NCBI GenBank assembly: GCA_963675745.2
Contig: CAXXWX010000026.1
Coordinates: 416,001-480,000, forward strand
Length of the DNA: 64,000 nucleotides
From: Phycisphaerae bacterium
GTDB lineage: Bacteria > Planctomycetota > Phycisphaerae > UBA1845 > Fen-1342
Direction of reading: 5' to 3'
The translations under genes were made by a program, and so were the position numbers. This document shows positions 53,356-63,223 of the stretch, piece after piece (the first letter of the stretch is position 1; each line of letters begins with the position of its first letter). Below the pieces are notes generated by a model. That model saw only the letters and a list, made by a program, of their open reading frames with translations, had not been told where the DNA came from and did no database searches.

Positions 53356-55715
53356 TGCGTCAGACGGATAGCAAACACGCCGCCCCGGCACCACACGGCG
53401 GCGGGGCATTATTCGATCACCTGCTGTTCAGCATACTGCTCGTATTGCTGGGCGTGCGACCGATGATCGCGGAGGTCTTCGAGCGCAGCGAGCTCACCTT
53501 CCTCGCGGATGCAACGGCGACGGTTGCCGCGCCCACGCCGGCCACAACCGCCTGGCTCGACTTTGCGACGCTGACCGCCGCCCTGGTGGTTTTCGCGCGG
53601 CGCAGCGGCGGACGGCGTTGGCGCTGGTATTGGGTGGCGATGGCGCTCGTGACTCTCGCAGTGCTGATATCGTCGCTCGCCGCCGGCGAACAGCGCGTGG
53701 CGCTCAACGCCGGCATGAATCTCGTTGTGATACTGCTGGCGGGTGGCGCGCTGCTGCGCGTGATGCGCGCGCCGTGGATGCCGCGCGTGTTGATCTCAGT
53801 CGTGCTCGCCACAGGAGTCACCAGCGCGCTGCACTGCGCCGCGCAGAAATACGTCTACCAGGAGCAGACCGAGATACAGTGGCGCGAGATCAAGGCCCAG
53901 CTCATCGAACAGGGACGCGATCCCAACGACCCGATGCTGGTCAATTACGAGCGCCGCCTCGCATCGGCACAGCCGAACGGCTTTCTTTCGCACCCCAACA
54001 CAACGGCCTCGCTGTTGAGCATGTGGATTCTCGCGGCGGCCGGGCTGGGTGTTTCGCTCATGCGTGGCAACCAGACGAGCCGATCGACACGCCCACTCGC
54101 CTTGGCGCTGCTGTGCGGCGCCTTGGTGCTTATGCTGCTGGCGCTATGGCTGACGGGTAGTGCGGGGGCCGCGGCCGGGTTGGCGGCCGGTGCGGCATTG
54201 CTGGGGGCGATCGGGCTGTGGTCCGGGTTTGGCGCGCGGCGTGTCGCCGGCGTGACGATCGTGCTGACCGCTGCGTATGTGGCGTTGATCGTCGGCGGCG
54301 CCGCGTACGGCATCGTCAAGGGCACGCTGCCCCGCTCATCACTCGCGTTTCGCTGGAACTACTGGACCGCCGCCGCGCGGGCCTACGCCGAACACCCCCT
54401 CACCGGCCTGGGCCGCGAGAACTTCCACGACGCGTACATGCGCCACCGACCGATGGAGAGCACCGAAGTCGTGCGCAATGCGCACAACCTGTGGGTCACG
54501 GCGCTGGCCGAACTCGGACCGCTCGGATTGTGCGGACTGGCGCTGCTGGCCGTGGGTACACTCGTGGCGCTGTTGCGGCGGCTGGCGCAACCGGACGAAC
54601 CCGCGGGCGCCGGCGGCCAACCAGGCCGGCTGATGCCGGGCGTGATCGCCGCCTCAATACTCACACTGCAACTGATCCTCTCCGGCACCGCCGGCAGCGG
54701 TATCGCCAGCGGAGCGCTCTGGTCGGTGATGGTGCTCTGGCTGACAGAGATCGCCGCGGTGTGGATAGTCGTGTTTGCGGCGTGTAACAGGCTGTTGAGC
54801 AACGACGTGACGACCGGGCGCTGGAGCGCGTCTGGTTGCGTCGCCGCCTTCGGCGCCGTCCTGGTTCACAATCTGGTTGGTTTCTCGTTGTGCCGGCCGG
54901 CCGGGCTGTCGGCGCTGGTGCTGCTGGTTGTATGGGGCTTGGCGTCACCGACCCCAGTTGCCGCTCGGCAACAGTTGTTCCGCCGGGCCTGGGGCCGGCA
55001 CCGCGCAATAGCTATGGCAGTGATGATATTGGCGAGCGCATGGCACCTCTGGGCGATCGCGATTCCGACCGCGCGCACGACTTACGGACTTTCCAGGCTA
55101 CGCGCCGCGCTGCACGCCGCCCGCTCGCTCGCGGATGTGGAAACGGCCGCAAGCGCGGCGCTGCGCACGGTGTTGGCGGACGAGTGGGACGCGGATCTCC
55201 CGCGGGCGGTAGCGCGTGAGTACGCGCGGGTCGCAGCCGCAAACGGGTTAACGCCGCAGCGACGGCTGACGTGGTGCGCCATAGCGCGCGACATGGCATC
55301 GATTGCGTTGCAGCGTAATCCGGCGTCCCACGCGACATACCGTCTGCAGGCCCGCCTGGCGGATCAGTTTGCCGAGACATGTCGCGGACTGTGGGAAGAG
55401 CAAGAGGTGGCGCGCGAACTGATCGCCGCCTGCTCTTATTGGGAATCCGCGACGCGCCTGCATCCGACTGACCCGCGTACGCGTATCGACGCGGCCGCCG
55501 CACAAATGCGCGTCTGGCGAAACCTGGGCCGGCGCGACAGCGGTGAGCGCGCGCTGCAACACCTGATAGCCGCGCTCAAGATCGACGCGACGCGCCCGCC
55601 GGAGGAGGTCCTGCGTTTGCGTCCCGCGGAACTGCGGCAGATCGACGCGTACATGAAAGAGCTGCGCGAAGCCGGAATCAATGGCGAGACTGCGGACTTG
55701 CCTGGGGAACCATAG
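53352..55715 (+). CDS. O-antigen ligase family protein with C-terminal TPR-like region
   Basis: GFLSHPN, LTGS, FRWNYW...HPLTGLG..NF, NAHN..LAELG. Confidence 0.85.
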   Translation: MMRQTDSKHAAPAPHGGGALFDHLLFSILLVLLGVRPMIAEVFERSELTFLADATATVAAPTPATTAWLDFATLTAALVVFARRSGGRRWRWYWVAMALVTLAVLISSLAAGEQRVALNAGMNLVVILLAGGALLRVMRAPWMPRVLISVVLATGVTSALHCAAQKYVYQEQTEIQWREIKAQLIEQGRDPNDPMLVNYERRLASAQPNGFLSHPNTTASLLSMWILAAAGLGVSLMRGNQTSRSTRPLALALLCGALVLMLLALWLTGSAGAAAGLAAGAALLGAIGLWSGFGARRVAGVTIVLTAAYVALIVGGAAYGIVKGTLPRSSLAFRWNYWTAAARAYAEHPLTGLGRENFHDAYMRHRPMESTEVVRNAHNLWVTALAELGPLGLCGLALLAVGTLVALLRRLAQPDEPAGAGGQPGRLMPGVIAASILTLQLILSGTAGSGIASGALWSVMVLWLTEIAAVWIVVFAACNRLLSNDVTTGRWSASGCVAAFGAVLVHNLVGFSLCRPAGLSALVLLVVWGLASPTPVAARQQLFRRAWGRHRAIAMAVMILASAWHLWAIAIPTARTTYGLSRLRAALHAARSLADVETAASAALRTVLADEWDADLPRAVAREYARVAAANGLTPQRRLTWCAIARDMASIALQRNPASHATYRLQARLADQFAETCRGLWEEQEVARELIAACSYWESATRLHPTDPRTRIDAAAAQMRVWRNLGRRDSGERALQHLIAALKIDATRPPEEVLRLRPAELRQIDAYMKELREAGINGETADLPGEP

Positions 55716-55735
55716 CAACCCGGTGAGCCAGACAA

Positions 55736-55815
55736 GTAGCGGCCTGCGCCTCGCAGGCCGTTGGCGCGCAATGGCGCTGCCGATGCTCCACGGCCGGCGG
55801 GGCGCCGGCCGCTAC
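55736..55815. repeat. REP family A doublet
   Basis: GTAGCGGCCTGCGCCTCGCAGGCCG ... CGGCCGGCGGGGCGCCGGCCGCTAC. Confidence 0.85.
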
Positions 55816-55880
55816 TTCGCAACGTGTCTATGCCAAACAGCTGGGGACGCTAGGGAACCAGCGAAGGAGTCGAGCACTCT

Positions 55881-56183
55881 TCAGGCCTGAATATCAAGGC
55901 CACCTTCCGACTCCGGTGGTTCCTCGGTCGCTTCATCAGGTTGCTGTTCTTCCGGCGACTCGGAGAACGGCCGGCCCTGGCTGCCCGCGCCTTCGCCATC
56001 CGGATTGACCTGCTTGTCGCCATCCGCCGTGTCGATGACGTTCTGAAGGCGATCGGCGAATGAGGCGTTGTCGGTGGCCTTGGCCTGGTCGGCGCTCTCT
56101 TTGTTCTTGGCTTCCGCCTGCCGGTTGGCCGCGGAGGTCCCGCCGACGATGGATGAGCCAAGTCCGGTCGGGATCGAAGACAT
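55881..56183 (-). CDS. small acidic hypothetical protein at the end of the flagellar block
   Basis: SD AGAGGAGG; 100 aa ending LDIQA. Confidence 0.75.
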   Translation of the reverse strand: MSSIPTGLGSSIVGGTSAANRQAEAKNKESADQAKATDNASFADRLQNVIDTADGDKQVNPDGEGAGSQGRPFSESPEEQQPDEATEEPPESEGGLDIQA

Positions 56184-56206
56184 GCCGGCGCCTCCTCTGG
56201 CAGCGC

Positions 56207-57052
56207 TCAGCCTTCCGAGGCGAATTCGCGTTTGCGCGCCTGGAGTTTGTCGCGCAGCGTCGCGATGATCGCCGAGTGCATCTGGCTGACGCGCGACTCC
56301 GATAGATCGAGTGTGTCCCCGATCTGCCGCATGGTCATTTCTTCGTAGTAGTACAAGACGACGATCAGGCGTTCTTCGCGGCTGAGCCCGTGCGTAACCA
56401 GGTCGCGCACGTCCTTCTTCTGTGCTTCGAGCACCGGATCGACGCTCTGATCATCCTGAAGCACGTCGATTTCATGCACTTCGCGAGTGGATTCGTCATC
56501 CGCAAACCGCCGCGACAGCGACACCTGCACGGTGGCGGTCGCATCGCGGATCAGCTTTTTGAATTGGGTCGCCGTCATCTGCAAGCGCCGCGCGATCTCG
56601 TCGTCGCAGGGCATGCGTCCCAACTCGACTTCCAGGGCGCGCGTCGCGTGGTTCAATTGATGGGCGCGGTGCCGCACCAGGCGCGGCACCCAATCCATGC
56701 TGCGCAACTCATCCAGGATCGCGCCACGGATGCGCGGCGCGCAATAGGTCTCGAATTTCACGCCGCGCTCGAGCTCAAACGCATCGATGGCATCCATGAG
56801 GCCGAAGATCCCCGCGCTCATCAGGTCATCAACATCGACCTCGTCAGGGAGTTTGGCGCCTATGCGTTCGGCGTTGTAGCGGACCAGGTAGAGGTAGTGC
56901 TCCATGAGCTGATTGCGCAGGAGTTCATCGTCTTCGTTTTGTTTCAATTTCCGCCACGCGGCCTGCACGGCGGCGTCATCGGCGAAACTGCGGACCGCGG
57001 GAGTGCGGGTCACGCGACGGTAACGACCAACAGGGAGCCTGCGCTCTGTCAT
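56207..57052 (-). CDS. fliA: FliA/WhiG family RNA polymerase sigma factor
   Basis: DDLMSAGIFGL, KFETY..RIRGAILDELRSMDWVPR, LSESRVSQMH. Confidence 0.93.
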   Translation of the reverse strand: MTERRLPVGRYRRVTRTPAVRSFADDAAVQAAWRKLKQNEDDELLRNQLMEHYLYLVRYNAERIGAKLPDEVDVDDLMSAGIFGLMDAIDAFELERGVKFETYCAPRIRGAILDELRSMDWVPRLVRHRAHQLNHATRALEVELGRMPCDDEIARRLQMTATQFKKLIRDATATVQVSLSRRFADDESTREVHEIDVLQDDQSVDPVLEAQKKDVRDLVTHGLSREERLIVVLYYYEEMTMRQIGDTLDLSESRVSQMHSAIIATLRDKLQARKREFASEG

Positions 57053-57057
57053 GGGCC

Positions 57058-57366
57058 TCACTGTGTCTCGGCTTCGCCGGCCCGGTCGACGACGGTGTCA
57101 TCGGACCGGGGCGTGGCGTTTGCCGCTGCGGTAACCTGGCGTTGAGCCAGATGACTCTTTTCTATCCCCGTCTTCCTGGACAACAGATAATCACGCAGCA
57201 CCGCTCTGGTAAGCCAGACCGCCACCTGGGCGGCGATCGAGGCCACAAACATGCACACCAGGGCCCTCGTCAGAACCGTCGTCGGCGCGTTTCCCGCGCG
57301 GAGCCCGGCCACGATAGTGAGGGCGAAAACCAGAAGAGCGACCTGTGCGCTGATGCTTTTGACCAT
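57058..57366 (-). CDS. small two-TM hypothetical protein upstream of fliA
   Basis: MVKSISAQVALLVFALTIVAG..TVLTRALVCMF; overlaps or abuts the fliA start. Confidence 0.7.
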   Translation of the reverse strand: MVKSISAQVALLVFALTIVAGLRAGNAPTTVLTRALVCMFVASIAAQVAVWLTRAVLRDYLLSRKTGIEKSHLAQRQVTAAANATPRSDDTVVDRAGEAETQ

Positions 57367-57389
57367 GTGCTCGTTGTTCCTGTAGTACC

Positions 57390-57416
57390 CTATCGGTTGC
57401 CGCCGGAGTGGCCTTA
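57390..57416 (-). promoter_or_regulatory. sigma28-like promoter
   Basis: TAAG-N15-ACCGATAG versus consensus TAAA-N15-GCCGATAA, ending 23 nt before ATG 57366. Confidence 0.65.
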
Positions 57417-57650
57417 GCCCCGGGCAACGACCCGGGGCACAGACTGTCCACACGCCGCCTCAGTCGCTGGTTGAGGAGCCTGGATCGCGGGATTTGACGG
57501 ATTTTGCGCGAGAACAGTCTTGCAGAATCCCCCTTGTCGCTGGTGACGGCGCTGCCCTCTCCCTCGGGCACTCCCCTTCGTGGATATCCCTATCAAGGCT
57601 CGATATAGACTCTCGCGCCGCATAACAGTCACGCTCCGTCGGACTGCCAG

Positions 57651-58793
57651 CTATGTTGTGTTAGCTAAGATTAGGTCGGTAAAGCGGTTAACGCAAGCTT
57701 CCTGGATGTCGCTGGGGACTTTTTGGCCATTGGTCACATACGACAGGCTCAGCTTCAGCTTGTCCATCACGTTCAGAATCACGCCGAGTCCGATAGCGTC
57801 ATCCAGGTGGGTAAGGACCACGCGCGAGACTCCCAGCGCGGCGAATGACTGAGCGATACGCTCCTGGGTTGTGGGGGTCAGCGATGCCGGCGCCACCAGG
57901 TGTACCTCGTGAGGCCGACAGGCGCGCAACAACGCTCCCAGCCGCGCGAAGCGGCCGTCATCGCGCAAGCCGACGCCGGGCGTGTCGATCAGGATCAAGT
58001 CAACCGCCCCAATCTCGCCCAGGCGTTGCTTCACCTCTGCCACAGTCTGGGCGGTGTACACCGGGACGCCCACCAGTTGCCCATAGCGCTGTAGCTGCTC
58101 GTGGGCGGCCAGGCGGTGCATGTCGAGCGAGAGGATCACAACTTCCTTTTTTCGGCGCAATTTGAAATTGGCGGCCAGCTTCGCCAGTGTCGTGGTTTTT
58201 CCACCGCCGGGCGGCCCAACCAGCGCCATACGCCGGGTGTCGCCCGGTTCCAATTGCAGCCCACCCACTGTCGGCAGCATGCGCTGGATGAATTCGCGCA
58301 CCGTTTGAGTCAATGAAGTGTTATCGGCGGCGCCCGTAACGCGCGCGTTTTGCGCGGCTTGAGCGACCAGTCGACGAGCTAACTCGTCGGCCACGTCGTT
58401 CTGCACCAGTTGCGTGTAAAGCGCCTCGCGCTGGTCCGCATTGCCGCCGGTGGGAATCGCACTCGGCCACTGGTACGCGCTGACCATGTCTTTCGCGGGG
58501 TGGCACAGGCGTCCCGCCTGTGGATTCACGGGCGAGATGCCCGTGCCACCGGTGTTGCGGGGTGCATCAGCCGCCGGTACGGCGCGTTTGGCATCGCGAG
58601 ACGTTGGCTTGCCAGCCACAGCGGTCGCCGGCGGCGCCGCCGTGATCTCAATCTCACGCCGTCCAACCAGACCGCCCAGACCACCGCTGGCATCGCGCGT
58701 GCCCAGAATGACGGCGTCAGCGCCAAACTCCTGCTTGACCGCGGCCAGCGCGGCGGCCATCGACGATCCGCGAAAAGTCTTGATGTCAACCAT
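57651..58793 (-). CDS. flhF: flagellar SRP-family GTPase FlhF
   Basis: KTFRG..M..AL..VKQEFG.DAVIL, GPPGGGKTTTLAKLAA, DTPG, TNGQKVP.DI. Confidence 0.9.
   Translation of the reverse strand: MVDIKTFRGSSMAAALAAVKQEFGADAVILGTRDASGGLGGLVGRREIEITAAPPATAVAGKPTSRDAKRAVPAADAPRNTGGTGISPVNPQAGRLCHPAKDMVSAYQWPSAIPTGGNADQREALYTQLVQNDVADELARRLVAQAAQNARVTGAADNTSLTQTVREFIQRMLPTVGGLQLEPGDTRRMALVGPPGGGKTTTLAKLAANFKLRRKKEVVILSLDMHRLAAHEQLQRYGQLVGVPVYTAQTVAEVKQRLGEIGAVDLILIDTPGVGLRDDGRFARLGALLRACRPHEVHLVAPASLTPTTQERIAQSFAALGVSRVVLTHLDDAIGLGVILNVMDKLKLSLSYVTNGQKVPSDIQEACVNRFTDLILANTT
58499..58550. repeat. REP family E doublet inside the flhF coding region
   Basis: GGTGGCACAGGCGTCCCGCCTGTG-GATT-CACGGGCGAGATGCCCGTGCCACC. 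Confidence 0.8.
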
Positions 58794-60867
58794 TGATGCT
58801 CACCACTCCATGGGCTTGCACTTCAACCCCTCTGACGACCTCGTGCAGAGCCAGCACCGGCGTCTGCGGCAATACGCTTTCAACAATGCGCCGCACCCAC
58901 AGGCGTGTTTGCGGCGAACAGAGCACGACAACCGTGGCCCCGCCGGCGGCCGACGAGGCACTCTCCACCTGCTGGCGCGTCTTCTGCGCGAGCTCGGATT
59001 GTTTATCTGGCGGCAGGATGAGGGTGGAGCCGTGGTCAAGGCGTTGGATGTTGCCCTGTACATAGTCTTCGGTGGTCGGGTCGAGCGTCACGCAGTGCAG
59101 CACGTTGTTCCCGTCTTTGTATTGCGCGCAGGTGACGCGCGCCAGTGTATTGCGCGCGTACTCGGTGAGTATTTCGACATCCTTGGTCTTGGGGGCCCAG
59201 TCACCGAGCGTCTCGAGGATCGCCTCGAGGTCGCGAATCGGGACGCGCTCGCGCAGCAGGCTCTGCAAGACCTTCTGCACGTCGCCGACGCTGAGCAGAT
59301 TGGGGATGACCTCCTCGACGACCGCCGCATTGCTCTCCTTGACGTGGTCGATCAGTTTCTGCGTCTGCGCCCGCGTGAGCAGGTCGGCGGCGTATGACTT
59401 GATGACCTCGGTCAGGTGTGTTGCCAGCACGCCGCTGGGTTCGACGACCGTGTAGTGCAGGCGTTCGGCGCGCTCGCGATCATCGCGGACAATCCAGGTG
59501 GCCGGCAGGCCAAAGGCCGGCTCCTTGCCTTGAATCCCGGCCAGAGTTTCTTCGGCCAGCCCGGAGTCGATGGCGAGCAATTGGTCGGTGAACACCTCGC
59601 CGCGCGCGACTTCCTGACCGCGCAGCAGCAACACGTATTGGTTGGGCTCCAGTTCGGCGCTGTCGCGGATACGCACGGGCGGCACGATGAGACCCAGCTC
59701 GACGGCCGTCTGCTTCCGAATGGACCCGACGCGGTCGAGCATGTCGCCGCCACGCGCCCGATCGACAAGCCCGACCAGCCCATAGCCGATCTGCAACTCG
59801 AGCGCGTCAACGCCCAGATGCGACTCGATGCGCGGCGGCTTGGCCGTTTCGCGCGCGCGCTGCTCGTTGACCCGTCGCAAGTCGGCCTGCTGGTGTGAGC
59901 GCTGGAGGAAGAACGCCAGCGTCCCGCAGCCACAAGCCAACGTGAACAGCGGGATCTTCGGTAGTGGCGTGAGAGTCATTGCAATCAGAAACGCGCCGGC
60001 CATCGCCAGGGCGGTTGGCTTCGAGAGCAACTGCCCGAGCACCTCTTCGCCCATGTTGGTCTTGCCGGTGCTGCGCGTGACCAGCATGCCGGCCGCGATC
60101 GAAACGATGAAGGCTGGAATCTGGCTGGCGAGCCCGTCGCCGATCGTCAGACGCGTGTAGACGTCGAGGCATTGCATGACCGGCATGCCACCTTCGAACA
60201 TGCCCACGTACAGTCCGCCGAGGATATTGACCATGGTGATGACGATGCCGGCGATGGCGTCGCCGCGCACAAACTTGCTGGCACCATCCATCGCGCCATA
60301 AAAGTCGGCCTCGTCGGCGATCTCCTGGCGCCGGCGGCGCGCCTCGGACTCGTCAATCATGCCGGCGTTCAGATCGGCGTCGATGGCCATCTGCTTGCCG
60401 GGCATGCCGTCCAGTGTGAAGCGCGCCGCGACCTCGGCGATACGCGTCGCCCCCTTGGTGATCACCACAAACTGGATCACCATGATGATCAGGAAGATGA
60501 TCACGCCGACCGCCAGCGAGTTGCCGGCCACGAAACGTCCGAAGGTCTCGATCACCTGGCCTGCGGCATTGGTGCCGTTGGCGCCGTTGGTGAGGATCAG
60601 CCGCGTGGTCGCCGTGTTGAGCACCAGGCGCAGGAGCGTCATCGCCAGCAGCATGGAGGGGAAGCTCGAGAACTCCATCGGCGACCGCAGATACATGACG
60701 GTCATGAGGATGATCGTCGAGACCAGGATGTTGGCGACGAGTAGAAAGTCGAGCGCCGTACTCGGCAGCGGAATGAGAATGACGAAGATGAGAGCCGCCG
60801 CCGCCGCCGGGAACAACATCCCGCGGTTTCTAACGATAAAGCGGACTAGGGGGCTATTCTCGAACAT
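58786..60867 (-). CDS. flhA: flagellar export protein FlhA
   Basis: ITKGATRIAEVAARFTLDGMPGKQMAIDADLNAG, FYGAMDGASKFVRGDAIAG. Confidence 0.97.
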   Translation of the reverse strand: MFENSPLVRFIVRNRGMLFPAAAAALIFVILIPLPSTALDFLLVANILVSTIILMTVMYLRSPMEFSSFPSMLLAMTLLRLVLNTATTRLILTNGANGTNAAGQVIETFGRFVAGNSLAVGVIIFLIIMVIQFVVITKGATRIAEVAARFTLDGMPGKQMAIDADLNAGMIDESEARRRRQEIADEADFYGAMDGASKFVRGDAIAGIVITMVNILGGLYVGMFEGGMPVMQCLDVYTRLTIGDGLASQIPAFIVSIAAGMLVTRSTGKTNMGEEVLGQLLSKPTALAMAGAFLIAMTLTPLPKIPLFTLACGCGTLAFFLQRSHQQADLRRVNEQRARETAKPPRIESHLGVDALELQIGYGLVGLVDRARGGDMLDRVGSIRKQTAVELGLIVPPVRIRDSAELEPNQYVLLLRGQEVARGEVFTDQLLAIDSGLAEETLAGIQGKEPAFGLPATWIVRDDRERAERLHYTVVEPSGVLATHLTEVIKSYAADLLTRAQTQKLIDHVKESNAAVVEEVIPNLLSVGDVQKVLQSLLRERVPIRDLEAILETLGDWAPKTKDVEILTEYARNTLARVTCAQYKDGNNVLHCVTLDPTTEDYVQGNIQRLDHGSTLILPPDKQSELAQKTRQQVESASSAAGGATVVVLCSPQTRLWVRRIVESVLPQTPVLALHEVVRGVEVQAHGVVSING

Positions 60868-60996
60868 CCCTGCTCATCAGCGCGGGCTCCGCCCGCCGCG
60901 GTCGGATCGGCACGCACAGATTGCGCCCCTCGCGCAAGACGCGCCGACACTTCCACGATCGGCCGCGCGTCGGGGTAATCTGTCGCGCGGCCCCGG

Positions 60997-62061
60997 CTAA
61001 CCGGCCTTCACTGCGCGATTTGAAAGTTGATAGACATATGCCAGCAATTCCGCGACCGCCTTGTAGAACGTGGGGGGAATCTCCTGGCCGACTTCGCACT
61101 GCGCATAGAGTGCGCGGGCCAGCGGCGGCCGCTGGACCACCGGGATGGCATTTTGCTGGGCAAGCTGGCGAATACGCAGGGCCAGCAGCTCGCGCCCCTT
61201 GGCCAACACGCGCGGGGCCGCCATCTGAGATTCGTCGTATCTCAGGGCCACGGCATACTGCGTCGGATTGGTCACCACCACATCCGCCTTCGGCACCTCC
61301 GTCTGCAGCCGCCGCATCGCCACCTGCATCTGCACGTCCCGCTGGCGGCGCTTAATGTGCGGGTCACCATCCATCTTTTTGAGCTCGTCGCGAACCTCCT
61401 GCTTGGTCATCTTCAGGCTGCGCTCCAGATTCCAACGTTGATACGCATAGTCGGCCAGGCCCAGCAGCAGCAGAACCAGTGCGAGGCGCAGCGCCAGCTT
61501 ATAGAGCGTATCGCCGGCGGCGAAGAGTATGCCCCACGCGTGCAAGCCCCCAGTGCCAAGCACGTCCGCAAGGTCGGCGCGGATGGTGTAGTACGCGACG
61601 GCCGCGACGATGGCCAGCTTTAGAATGCCCATGCCCAGGCGCATGGCGGCCTGCCCCGAGAACATCTGCTTGGCACCCCGCAACGGGCTGAGGTTGTTCA
61701 GATCGGGCCGCAGTTTCTTCGCGGTCAGCAGAACGCCAAACTGCATCGTCACGCCCGCCGCCGTGATGATCATCAGAACGGCGATGAACGGCCCGAGCAG
61801 CATGAGGGCGTGCCAGGCAATGCGGGAGACCGGCACCGCCAGATCGCCGGCACTCGTAATCGGCTCACCGCCGATTTCGTTAATCATGCCGAGCATGTGA
61901 CCCAGCATGCCCTTGCCCATCATCCCCAGCAGGACGATGCCTCCGGCCAGACCGATGCCGGCGGTCAGATCCTGGCTGCGCGCCACGCGGCCATCTTTGC
62001 GCGCCTCCTGGCGCCGGCGCGGCGTTGGTTGCTCCGTTCTCTCGCCGGCGTCCTCAGCCAA
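60997..62061 (-). CDS. flhB: flagellar export protein FlhB
   Basis: ERTEQPTPRR, LKMTKQEVRDE.K..DGDP, VVTNPTQYAVAL; TTG start after GGAGG. Confidence 0.95.
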   Translation of the reverse strand: MAEDAGERTEQPTPRRRQEARKDGRVARSQDLTAGIGLAGGIVLLGMMGKGMLGHMLGMINEIGGEPITSAGDLAVPVSRIAWHALMLLGPFIAVLMIITAAGVTMQFGVLLTAKKLRPDLNNLSPLRGAKQMFSGQAAMRLGMGILKLAIVAAVAYYTIRADLADVLGTGGLHAWGILFAAGDTLYKLALRLALVLLLLGLADYAYQRWNLERSLKMTKQEVRDELKKMDGDPHIKRRQRDVQMQVAMRRLQTEVPKADVVVTNPTQYAVALRYDESQMAAPRVLAKGRELLALRIRQLAQQNAIPVVQRPPLARALYAQCEVGQEIPPTFYKAVAELLAYVYQLSNRAVKAG

Positions 62062-62114
62062 TCCACAACCTCCATTCAGCGCGGCACATCAGAATCGGCC
62101 ACGGCCGCCCGACG

Positions 62115-62891
62115 CTACGGGCTCACCATGGCGTATAGACCATCGAGGGTCTGTTCGAGCACGTCCAGGAACGCGGCCGACGCCGCCGGCAGCGAAATCG
62201 CGATGATCGCAAACCCGATCAGCGACTTCATCGAAAAGCCCAGCGTCATGATGTTGAGCTGCGGCACCGTTCGCGCTACAAACCCCATCGCGAGGTTCAC
62301 CAGAAACAACGTAATCACCGCCGGAGCGGCGACTCTCACCGCGATCTCCCCCCCCAACGCCAGCGTGGTCAGGAGCAGCTCTGTTCCGATCGGCGTCAGA
62401 TCGGGACCACTCAAAAGCGGGATGCCGCGAAACGTTTCGAGGCTGGCGGCCACGAGTGCCCGGTGTCCCCCGGCCACCAGAAAGACCACCGAACCGAACT
62501 GGAGGTAGAAGCTGCTGAGCACGTTCATCTGGTCGGAGCTGTTGGGGTCGGCCACCTGGCCAAAGGCCAGCCCGGACTCTTGCGCCACCAACAGACCACC
62601 CATTTGCAGCCCCAGGAAGCAGACCGCCGCGACCAGCCCCATCAACCCGCCGATGAGCAGTTCGCGTCCCATGCCGACGGCCAGGCCGGCCAGCGTATCG
62701 GGGAGGGCGGCGGTAACAGCGGCATATGGCAGCGCGATGACCGCCAGCGCTATGACAAGCAACCCGCGCGCCTGCATCGGGATGCCCAACGAGCCCAGGA
62801 TCGGCTGGAACATGATCAGCGCACTCAGTCGCGCGAAGACCAGCGCGACCAGCGGGATGTTCGTGTAATAGCCGATCAGCTCCCAGGGCAT
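62115..62891 (-). CDS. fliR: flagellar export protein FliR
   Basis: ELLIG, MGG.LV..SGL.F..V.DP, ARTVPQLNI. Confidence 0.92.
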   Translation of the reverse strand: MPWELIGYYTNIPLVALVFARLSALIMFQPILGSLGIPMQARGLLVIALAVIALPYAAVTAALPDTLAGLAVGMGRELLIGGLMGLVAAVCFLGLQMGGLLVAQESGLAFGQVADPNSSDQMNVLSSFYLQFGSVVFLVAGGHRALVAASLETFRGIPLLSGPDLTPIGTELLLTTLALGGEIAVRVAAPAVITLFLVNLAMGFVARTVPQLNIMTLGFSMKSLIGFAIIAISLPAASAAFLDVLEQTLDGLYAMVSP

Positions 62892-62914
62892 CGTGCACCC
62901 GCGTCAGCGCGCCG

Positions 62915-63169
62915 TCAGAAACCGGCAAACATAACTTGCGTGTACTCCAGCAGCCGCATGGCCAGCCACGGCGCGAAAAAGACGGCGGCGGCGACCATGG
63001 CGAAGATCTTCGGCACCAGGCTCAGTGTCTGGTCCTGCAACTGCGTCAACGTCTGCACGAGGCTGATCAGCAAGCCGACCAACACCCCGGTCCCCAGCAC
63101 CGGCAGCGCGATCTTGAGCGCCGTCAGCAGCGCCTCGCGCGCCACATCCAAACCCTCGGCCATGTCCAT
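62915..63169 (-). CDS. fliQ: flagellar export protein FliQ
   Basis: VGLLISLVQTLTQLQDQTLSLVPK. Confidence 0.93.
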   Translation of the reverse strand: MDMAEGLDVAREALLTALKIALPVLGTGVLVGLLISLVQTLTQLQDQTLSLVPKIFAMVAAAVFFAPWLAMRLLEYTQVMFAGF

Positions 63170-63223
63170 CGCACGTACTCCCAGGTGCGGCCGCGACAAC
63201 ACCGCGCGCAAACGCTGCCCCTC

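Noticed and set aside
61255..61275. FlhB cleavage motif NPTQ instead of NPTH
   Set aside because: The Asn-Pro scissile bond is intact; a minor variant.
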